Source: Klebsormidium nitens
Taxonomy: Eukaryota > Plantae > Klebsormidiophyceae
Length of the DNA stretch: 46,224 nucleotides
NCBI GenBank assembly: GCA_000708835.1
Contig: DF237602.1
Coordinates: forward strand, 1 to 46,224
Reading direction: 5' to 3'
In this document: positions 22,701 to 31,783 of the stretch, piece by piece
Layout: each line of letters begins with the position of its first letter
Numbering within the stretch: the first letter of the stretch is position 1
Position numbers and translations under genes: made by a program
Notes under the pieces: generated by a model
The model's database searches: none
Seen by the model: the letters and a program-made list of their open reading frames with translations, nothing else
Told to the model about the DNA's origin: nothing

Positions 22701-25034
22701 TCCCCCTGTGCACAGATCAAGCTGTGGTTCTCGGGGCACTACCACCTGAGCCACGACTACGACCGCTCCATGAACGTGGTCAACAACTGCCTCTTCGTGC
22801 AAGTCGGCGTCATGGCCCAGTGCGACCGGGACGGCCGCCGGCAGTCGCGCATTGTGCGAGGGGGGGAGAAGGGCTTCAAGATCTGTGAGTTTGATCGATT
22901 CACAATAATCCTTGTCTGACCTGTTTGCGAGTGCCGTCGAAACAGCTGACTTCCGAGATTGGTATATGACATGCCATGACGACTTCGTTTGGTTCTGTTT
23001 GGGCGTCTCAATTGATGACTGATCCGTGTGCTTCTCGAACTGACCCGATCTGTAGTCCGCTTCTAGCTAAACACGACTCCATAATGTTGTACTTTTTCGA
23101 GTACGAACATCGAATGCTCAGTTTTAAGCGCCCAATAAAACCGACGCCATTCAGGCAAAGCTCTCAAAGTCTTCAGACGTTGTTTCTCTCAGACACGCTG
23201 GACCGCGTCACCTGCCAGCTGCCGCTCGACCTCGTCCAGTCGTACGACTCTCTCAGGAAACCTAGAATATCCAGGTTCTGGATCTAGCCAGTCCTCTGAG
23301 TCTTCACGCGCCCCTCTCACAGACACGCTGGACCACGTCACCGGGCAGCTGCAGCTCGATCTCGTCCATACGCAAGACTCTTCCATCCAAGACCTCTAGG
23401 ATGGAAGCCTAGACATCCAGATCCTGAAGGCCATCTAGCCCAACGTTCTGACTCTTTAAGCGTTTCTCTCCCAGACACGCTGGACCACGTCACCGGGCAG
23501 CTGCGGCTCGACCTCGTACACTCGTACGACTCCCGCATCCAGGAACTCCCCGAAAAGGTCCGGAGATATCTACCGGGCACTCTTACGGACGCCCCGACCG
23601 GACCGGTGTGGCTCGCGGGCAGCCCGGGCCTGCCCGGGGTGCACTCCTGCAGAAAGGGCGGGGCGTTTTCGCCCATGATCGGGGAAGAGAAGGCGGGGAG
23701 CTCGGCGAACGAGAAGGTGAGGATGGCACACCGATTATCGAAAAGGGACTGAAAAAAATGGGACAAGAGGTCAAAGGGACTGAAAGGTCGGGAGAAGAGG
23801 TCAGTGCGTAGGGTGCGAAGTTCGTAGAGCTTTGTCAGCGCCCGTCAGCCTTTGATTCACTCCGACGGAGGAAGGGAATCTCGGCTACGTAACCTCGCTA
23901 AGGCTTTGTTGTTGAGTAGTTGAGGGGCAGTCCGTAGCACCTCCTTTCTGTGCTGGTCACTCGAACGCCATTGCCGTTCTTCTGTCTTCATACGCGAAGT
24001 GATATTTTGACGCTTAAGTGCCGCTGTCTGCAGACATGGTGTTGGCGAGACCGTTGTTTTCCTTGTAAGCACCACCAGAAATCGTTTTCCTTGTAAGCAC
24101 CACCACAAATCGTCAAAGGATAGGTTGCGAGCAATGCGCGACCACCCAATGTGAGGTATACTTCGCTGATGTGCCATCCGCCTTGCTCCGTACAGGTGAC
24201 CTGGATCTCTCAAGGCAGCGCGCTATTCTGCGTGAACGCAAACCAGGTGAGAACCGCGTCTTATCCCGACTGCAAACGTGCTGTGCAAACCTAGCACGTT
24301 GATCTGATCGTATTGTAAACGTCCTGTCTATCCCACGACTCGGTGGATGCTCGCTCGGTTGCTTCGAGTGGCGCCCCGGTTGGTGCTTGCGCGGTTGCTC
24401 CAAAGTGCGCAAATGTTTGTTTGGTGTGGTTTCGAGTCGAGCTCTTTGAGCTGCGCATCAGTAGACACTGCCAGCATCTTCCAGATCCTCGACATTCCTT
24501 CGCGAAAGCTTGATGCAGGGTTGCATATGAAGGCATGTCAAGATTCTGGTCCCTGAGACAGTTGCAACAGCTTTCTAAGGGCTCGAAACTGTGGTACGAT
24601 TGCACATCTCACCGTGTGTCCATCCTGATTGTGGTCATTTGCTCTTCTTCTTCCAGCTTGTTCAGTACGATCCGATTGCGGTCGCTCCAGTGGGCGTTGT
24701 GTGCGACCGGATCGACGGCCGCAAAATTCGCCTCCTCACATCCGACGGCAGCGAGGCGTCCACGTCGGACCAAGAGGTTGAATTCATTGAGCTGGTCGGT
24801 CCAGGCAGAGTGGGTTCCGCTCCAGTCAATGCGATCAACGGAAAAGGAAGTTTTGCGGGCGAGGTCGAGCGGATTGAGCGAAATGAAGAGGGTGGGTTCT
24901 GGTACGTTTACCAGTACAACAAATACAAGCTGCTGAAGCAACGGCAGGCGGCACAGGAAGCGCAGAAGTCGGTTGCGGGCAACGGGGCGCAGCCGAAAGT
25001 GGTCTCCACACTGCCCTATTCTTGGCAACATTAA
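19776..25034 (+). CDS. Calcineurin-like metallophosphoesterase (CpdA/Icc-like fold), probably plastid-targeted (exons 19776-20198, 20585-20686, 20960-21113, 21759-22036, 22716-22884, 23475-23716, 24196-24246, 24657-25034; 598 aa)
   Basis: Five metal-binding motifs in order: VLGDLH, LGDLG, GNHD, FTH, SGHYH. All introns are GT-AG and phases join to 1797 nt. Ala/Ser/Arg-rich N-terminus. The 3' end of exon 6 is the least certain boundary. Confidence 0.88.
22558..22604 (+). repeat. Upstream duplicate of the branch point, acceptor and first bases of phosphoesterase exon 5
   Basis: agctgacgtcagcaga...tacag|agttcaagctgt versus the real site agctgacgtcagcaga...cacag|atcaagctgt (22681-22725). Confidence 0.75.
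23181..23470 (+). repeat. Two decayed tandem copies of the acceptor and 5' part of phosphoesterase exon 6
   Basis: cag|ACACGCTGGAC starts at 23193, 23323 and 23475 (real exon). The copies read YTLDRVTCQLPLDLVQSYD (TAG 23285) and YTLDHVTGQLQLDLVH (TAG 23397). Confidence 0.9.
24056..24111. repeat. 28-bp tandem duplication in intron 6 of the phosphoesterase
   Basis: gttttccttgtaagcaccaccagaaatc twice, one mismatch. Confidence 0.9.
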
Positions 25035-26624
25035 CAACAACATGCAACATTCCGCATGACTGAGTTGGGGGTGCACGCGGCCTCACTTGTAATAAGCCGT
25101 CGGCTTTCAAGCCGGGACTTTGTAATATCAGTTCGTCAGCAGGATCTGCGGACCATTAGACGGATGTCCACAAGATAGAAACGAACGCGAAGCCAACAAC
25201 GTGGACGTTATAACAGGTAGCTCGCGCTGGTTTTAACGCACAAATCTACTAAAAGGTCACATTGAGCCTTAAAGTTAGTCGTCAAGCACACTACCAGCGA
25301 GTAGCTGATCGACTCGTTCATTGCGACTTGGCAATTACCATTGAGTATGATGACTCAGGCTGCAAGTACAAGGTGTGACCGTCTGCAGGAGTCGCTAATA
25401 TCCCAGCGCTTTGCACTCGGAGGACGTTGTAACCGTCGGTTCTAATCAAGTCAACGCCCAGCGATCATCATGGCATTGAAGCGAAATATTGGTACCAAGA
25501 GGCTCAGTGATAGTATGCAGGCTAGCGTGCAATCTAGTGACCACGAGCCGCGCACTTAGTGACGCTTGGTCGTTACATTCTGCAATTCAACCACAGGCGC
25601 CAGGCTTTAGGTGACTGCATCCTACCTATACCATATCTCAGCGCGCGGCAGCTGCAGCATATGATATTGCACGGTGGTGCGATCATCGACCGTCTCATCT
25701 GGCACATAGGTATGGTATACGTATGCTTGCCGCCAAGCTAGCTACCGTGCATCATGCATGCACAAGTCAAAGCATATATATGATCGACCCAATTTAATGA
25801 TTGCGTGATAATAAGTTTGGTCGGACGGTTGACGCGTGCAGTGGGCCCCGGGCCCCGGGTTGTGCAGAAGGAGAAGGGATTAGTGGTCCGTTAAAGACAC
25901 TCGACCAATGCGTTTGATCAACTATGAAGCATCCTTGTACTAGCCGAATGATTTCAAACAACCCGCTTATAAAATCCGGGCCACGCTTTTCCGCTTTGGC
26001 TTGAAACGAGGTTTCCTTACACGTTCGTTGACATGACGTTCTCCTAACACGAGCAATCCAACGGAGCACATAGTGACCGCTACGGGTTTGTTACTGGACC
26101 CAGCGTGGTTTGTGGGCCGGTTACTACGCAATTCCGAATCCGTGAAAGTCAATGAAGCACTCAATCATCCTACCTCCGACCAAAATTGCGGGAAGGTAGC
26201 TTATACAGTGTTACCAAGAACGGCTTTCTCGAAGAGGCTTTGACCCTGCCAACGGGCCGCCCAATCACGTAGAAGTGGCAAGAATAATTTCTCTCAAAGA
26301 TGCAAAATCATGTCTGGCCCGGCACCGTCCGACTGCATCTTGAGTTGTTCTCAACGCCTGGGCCGGACTCTACAGACTCTTCTTGTGAAATCAACCCTGA
26401 TGACTACATTGGTCAATCAAAACCCGCTGCAGCAAACCACGAAGAGCCCTTGTGTTCATTCTGACGCCAGGCTCTACAAAAATGGAATTCAAATCCAGGA
26501 AACCGAGAGGTTGTTGATCAGGAGAAAACCGGGTTCTACATTAGGAATATGAGAACCTAAAAGCTGGTAGACAAAGCTGCCTGTTGGGTACTGCAGCCGT
26601 TTGCAGACTACTTGGGCCGGTCAC

Positions 26625-29600
26625 TCAATGACCGCAAAAGGCCAATGCGTACGCCAAGGTTGCTGCCTGGGCACTCTCGTACGCGGCTTTAGAACCAAAG
26701 TCGGTGCTGCAAATGCGGACGCAATTATCAGCATATTGACGTCACAATGCGCGCACTGATTCACAACGTCACTCGTCTGCTTCGAATGATGATCTCGAAC
26801 CAATGCTCAGTCAAAGAACTAGTTGATAGCAAGCCTCCGACACTCTTATGAGTACCCAGCTGGAGACCCATCTCAAGAGCGCTCTGTCGAAGGAACCTGC
26901 CACTTACGAGAAGAAGAGGCGTCCGACCCGTGCTGTCATGCGGCATCGGGCCGCCGCAAATGACGTAGGCACCACATCGCAGGCTTCGCGGGTGCGTACG
27001 TAAAGTTCGTCGTCACAGGTAGATTTGCTGGCGCCAGGAGTTGAGTAGCACACGTCATGGAAGTTGCAACCAGGTGCGAACAAATCGCTGCTTCCAGCAC
27101 CACCGATGAAGTTGATAACCTTTCCCACGAGTCCTCCTGTATCACAGCAAAGAGCGGATAGCGAATAGCGGTCAGCGGATAGGGGATAGCGGAGAGCATC
27201 GGAAAGCGGTTCAGCGCGTGGCTGCAAGAAGCATCACTGGACGTAATGACGCCGTCTGTTTAAACCGACAAAAGAGTCAGCCAGCAGTGTTGCACTTTCA
27301 CTGGATCAAAACGTTTGGCACAGTTCGTCTCACCATTGGACACCTGTCCACACGCGTTGTAGTCCCCCGGGTAAGCAGGGCACTTGACCCCAGGCGCACG
27401 AGACCGACAGCATTTGCTCCCGCATACCAGTACGCCGCCAACACTGTAGGGACAATCCTTGGAGCAAACCGGGTCTGCAGGTACACATGTACGGATCAAT
27501 CAGTGGCGAAGTGAACACGTCAATCTGCTGATTAGACCTTTAGTCAATTCCACAGCCGTAATAGCGAGCTAGAGAAATCAATTGTTGCCCGAGAGCAACT
27601 TGCATGATGGAAGTTGAACCTAAAATATATGGAGTGACCGTCTGGCAGCTTGAGATAGAGACGAAATTTAGAGAAGCGTGCACTGCGGACAGGGGCCCAC
27701 ATGGGCACCCAAAGGTGACCGAATCAATTTGACAGGCATTGACCAAGCTTTTCCTTGGTAAGAAACGTCCGCTGTTGACCTTTCAAGTACGTTACTATCC
27801 ACCGTCGTTTATTCATGCGACTGCATAGTAACTGAAAGCGCGATCAGTTTTTGTAAGAGACATAGCAAAAGTGACACGTGAGCAGGAGTAAATATGAACC
27901 AATCCAGGGCCGCCAGGCACGAGAACTGAAAACAACGGAACTTCACTACCTGACGTAGTAATGGGAGGAGCTGAAGATGGGGAAGGGAAGCCCTTTGCAA
28001 ACAGGCTGTTCGGATCGATATCCGTCTCTCCAACTGCCGGCTCCAGGGCGGAAACGAAGCCAGATGTAAAGGCCGTGAGAACCTCTTCAACGGCCTGACC
28101 ATCGACCGTTATTGTCGTCTCGACGATACTACCGGCGCCATCGTTGGTTGGCTGAATGCTCGTGATCGAGACCTGCACCGTATCGGTCGGTTTGTAGAGG
28201 GGACAAGCTTGATCCTTCATATATGTACACACAAGTTGAGGCAGCCTAGAGAAACGTTTGACCCCCGTTTGACCTTCCTTAATCTGGACGACGATGCCTT
28301 ACGCAAAAGTTTGCAATCTAAAAAGCTGGCCCCGAGGTTCCTAAAAATAGTTGCTGCCATGATGCATTCATGCATCAAGACCCCTCAGAAAGTTGCGCCG
28401 GTCAATACAAGCTAATTGCAGCCTATTTCACATTCAAAGTGCCGTTATAGGAGCCGGCCTGATTAAGGACCGTCTGCCACTGAGCCGATCTCATAGGCCG
28501 CATGATGATCAGGTCGGAACCAAGCCGATACAAAACAAGAAGCCTGAAGAAGAAAGCTTACCTCTTCTACCGCAGTCGAGGACTGCAATAAAGCCTGTAC
28601 ATAGCTCGTTTGTTTGTCAGCATCAAAGCTCTCCGGTGGCAAGGTTCTGATGGTAAATGACCCCACAATTTGGAATTGAGTATTGGAGTCTGTCAAAGAG
28701 AAGCAGAGGAATCCTTTAAAAGAGAAGCAGAGGAATCCTTTGAAAGAATCTTTTTAGGAAGGAAAGCGACGAGAGCACGGTTGAAGAGAGTAACAAAACT
28801 TGCAATCGAGGGGACGATGAAGTACGAGAGCAAGTTCATCACATGATCTGTCTATATAGTCCAACGTGGCCGCAACGGTATCAAGACCAACTGAATTGAT
28901 TCCGAAATCTACTTGCCGTCACACCGCATACATTTTCGTGACGAGGAACTTCAAACAACATGCTTTACAGATGTGATCATCTGTTGCTAGATCATTGTGC
29001 AGATTGCGCAAGAGGTGGCTGCTGGTGAATCGGACAGCAAGAAAAGGACCCACCTGTAGGCCTAGGAGTTGAACTTTTTGGGGTCGGGGTTGGAGTGACT
29101 CGAGTGGTCGGAGTAGGAGTAGTGGGCGCAGGAGTCGTAGGCATGGGAGTCGTGGGGGCGGGAGTTGTGGGGGCGGGAGTTGTAGGAGTAGGAGTTGTTG
29201 GGGTGGGAGTTGTTGGGGTGGGAGTTGTTGGGGTAGGAGTTGTTGGGGTAGGAGTTGTCGGGGCGGGAGTTGTTGGGGCAGGAGTTGTAGGAGCGGGGGT
29301 TGTTGGGGCAGGAGAGTTTGGGGGCAGAGTTGTGGGGCTAGGAGTGGCTGGCGGGAGGGTGGTAGCCAGCGGGGCCAAAGTGCTTGGGGTGGGGGTGGAG
29401 ACTGTTGGCTGGGGAGTAACCGAGGCCGTAGGACTGCCCGTTGTTGGAATGGGAGACACTTTTGTTGGACTGGGGCTGGTAGACAGGGATTGGCAAGAAG
29501 GGGGGTTGGTCGGCGGGTTAGCACATTGATAACCTGAGGCACAGCAGAGAGGACCTTGACCCTCCGGTCCATAGCAGGGAGTGGCGCCGTCTGCGGAGCA

Positions 29601-30722
29601 AGAGACTTGCCCAAGCGAAGCGGCAGCGGTCCCTGTAGGAGTTGGGGACTGAAGCGGGGAGCTTGGTGCCGAGCTGGATGGGCCCCCTAGATTGCTTTTG
29701 ACGCAAGCAGGGGGGCTGGTGGGTGGCGAAGCGCACTGATACTCTGGGCTTATGCAGCAGATCGGGCCCTCCCCCCCTGGCCCATAGCACTGAGTCGTCC
29801 CCATATTGCTGCAAGGAACCTCCCCTGCGGATGCAGTGGCGCTTGGAGCAGGGCTGCTTCCGGAAGCCCCAGGAGGGGGAGGAAAGACGGGGCTGGGGTT
29901 ATCGACACGTGGGTAGATTGCCTGACAAGAAGGTGGGCTCGTTGGGGGGGTGGAGCACTGGAACAGCGGACCCGCACAGCATACTGGGCCTTCTCCCATT
30001 GGGCCATAACACGCACTTGCTCCCTCCGCTCCACAAGGAACCACGCCCTCACCTGGGGCAGCAAGCCTAGAAACCAAACGGACAGGTGGTGTGTCCAGCG
30101 CGTATGAGTTTTTCTCAAAGCAGTAGCCTGCTGAAGGGGCAGGACACCGAATGAAACCGTCGGAGTTATCCCCTGATCTCACGCACAATGGTTCACCGTC
30201 TGCTAGCACGCAACACTCGAAACCAGGCTCGCAGCACAGTGGAAAGAAGTTCTTCCCCCCCACGCATTGACGTTTGGGAGGCAGGCACTTTGGGACGCAG
30301 CCATAACCCCCAAGATCGCAGTCATAATCCGGTAGGCAACAATCAATGGCGTAAGAAGGGGGTGGGCCCGCCGAAACAATCTGGCTCGAATAGCAACATG
30401 TTGTCCCGGGTGGGCAACCAAAGGTATCGTCCGGCTGATGGCAGCACTGATCCGTGGCATATATACGGTTTGCACCACAGCATACTTCCCCAGGGAAAGC
30501 ACAAGCAAGCCGGAGCAAACCGTATCGGGTACCCAAGCAGCAGGTTGCTTCATTAAGACAGTAGACATCGTCTCGGATGTCCACACTGGTGCAGCATTTT
30601 GAATCCGGATTTAATGCGGCCTGCTCGCATCGGTCGACCCCTTCAACTAAAAGCAAGACAGTGACCAACGTAACCCAAAACAGGGCCTGCTTGCTGCGCA
30701 TTGTGTTGGCTAAGCTGCTCAT
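26625..30722 (-). CDS. Secreted mosaic protein: Cys-rich region, 3 CBM1-like modules, Pro/Thr stalk, SEA-like segment, secretory phospholipase A2 domain (exons 30722-29054, 28689-28562, 28172-27950, 27474-27334, 27136-26908, 26706-26625; 823 aa)
   Basis: Signal peptide MRSKQALFWVTLVTVLLLVEG. Five GT-AG introns with matching phases (2472 nt). C-terminal NACG...FAPGCNFHDVCY...KSTCDDEL...AC...FGSKAAYESAQ matches the sPLA2 His-Asp motif (group XII/conodipine/microbial type). Confidence 0.82.
27147..27215. repeat. Degenerate heptamer array (GATAGCG-like) just upstream of the exon 5 acceptor
   Basis: gatagcg aatagcg gtcagcg gataggg gatagcg gagagca; on the minus strand it contains the branch-like CTGAC. 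Confidence 0.6.
28695..28741. repeat. 24-bp tandem duplication of the polypyrimidine tract of the exon 2 acceptor
   Basis: aaagagaagcagaggaatccttt at 28695-28717 and 28719-28741; acceptor AG ends at 28690. Confidence 0.9.
29103..29312 (-). repeat. Coding 15-bp minisatellite, 14 units, encoding (P[A/T/M]PTT)14
   Basis: Seen directly in the ORF 28992..30782 translation and DNA. Confidence 0.95.
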
Positions 30723-30871
30723 ATGAATGCCAGGCCAATGCAACCTAGTCTCAAAGATGCCCGAGATTTCCTTCGGGTACAATCACCTGCCCTTCTCGGG
30801 TCAAAGACAGCAAAGAGATGCGCCTGCTTCAATGTCCACCAAGCTGCCCAATGGCCCCTCAATGGAATGTC

Positions 30872-30900
30872 GCAGGAACTGCAGGAACTGCAGGAACTGC
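30872..30900. repeat. 9-bp tandem repeat (gcaggaact)x3, 150 bp upstream of the mosaic gene start
   Basis: Seen directly. Confidence 0.9.
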
Positions 30901-31205
30901 GCGGTCCCCCTCCTTTGAAGACTAGCGTGCCGTCTACATCCTACGCGAACTCGGTGGTAGCTGGGAGTGTTGTCAATGTCAGTGTGTCCGGGCCAGTGCC
31001 GAATCACACCCGTCCGCCCGTCTACACGGTCTAGCTCGTTAGAAAACATCATACAGAGGGAGCCGGCGGCCTGTAAAATCTGAGATTAAAAGTTGTTTTT
31101 GGATTTGGATCGTCCGATCCCCGTGACGTCAGCTTACAAGAGCGCTTATTCGTCGATTCGCCTGTCCTTGTTGATTTATTGAAAAATTTGAAATCGCAAG
31201 CATGG

Positions 31206-31783
31206 GTACTGACAAATCAGATGGATTTGTGAGTGTACATGGGGAATTCTAGACCGCAAGGCTTGGACTCTGCACGCGAATATACGTATGTAATTTTGTG
31301 TACCCATCTTATCTATAAATTACGGGGCCGGAACACTGGGGCGAAGTGTGCAGATCCAGGACAACTCATCAATTTGAAAAGTGCCGGCTTCTTCGGAGCT
31401 AATGATTGGCACCCTGTACACCGAACCCGTGTACACACACTGTACCTTGTACATCCCTGAGAGCAGAATTCAGGCTGTTGATGAAACCTCTACCGGAATT
31501 GTCGCACGCGTAACGCATGACCCAGGTTTCACGTTTTTTCCACGGTCCCTACGTCGGTCACAGCAGGTATCCTACCGCCTGCTGGCCTGCGCAGCACGCA
31601 AGTACCTCCGGTTTTTGCGCCGCATGTTTTCATATTACCGGTATCACATGTACTGGTAGGTAGTACCGTTGGTAGTAGGTACTAGGTACGCCAGTACGTG
31701 CTGGCACTCACCTCTTGCGTACCAACATATGTCCGTAGTACTCCGTACGGTACGGCGGTACGGCACCTAATGATGCGGAGTAC
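31206..31783. promoter_or_regulatory. GTAC-dense intergenic patch (possible SBP/SPL-type binding cluster or transposon subterminal array)
   Basis: 19 GTAC counted in 578 bp, 12 of them in 31602-31783; about 2 expected at equal base frequencies. Function is inferred only. Confidence 0.35.

Noticed and set aside
23181-23560. Repeat-spacer pattern resembling a CRISPR array
   Set aside because: Eukaryotic intron context; repeats are degenerate copies of a coding exon with related intervening sequence; no cas genes.
15017-30722. LPAT1 and PLA2 as a linked sn-2 acylation/deacylation module
   Set aside because: One is predicted plastid-localised and the other secreted; they are separated by another gene and nothing indicates shared regulation.
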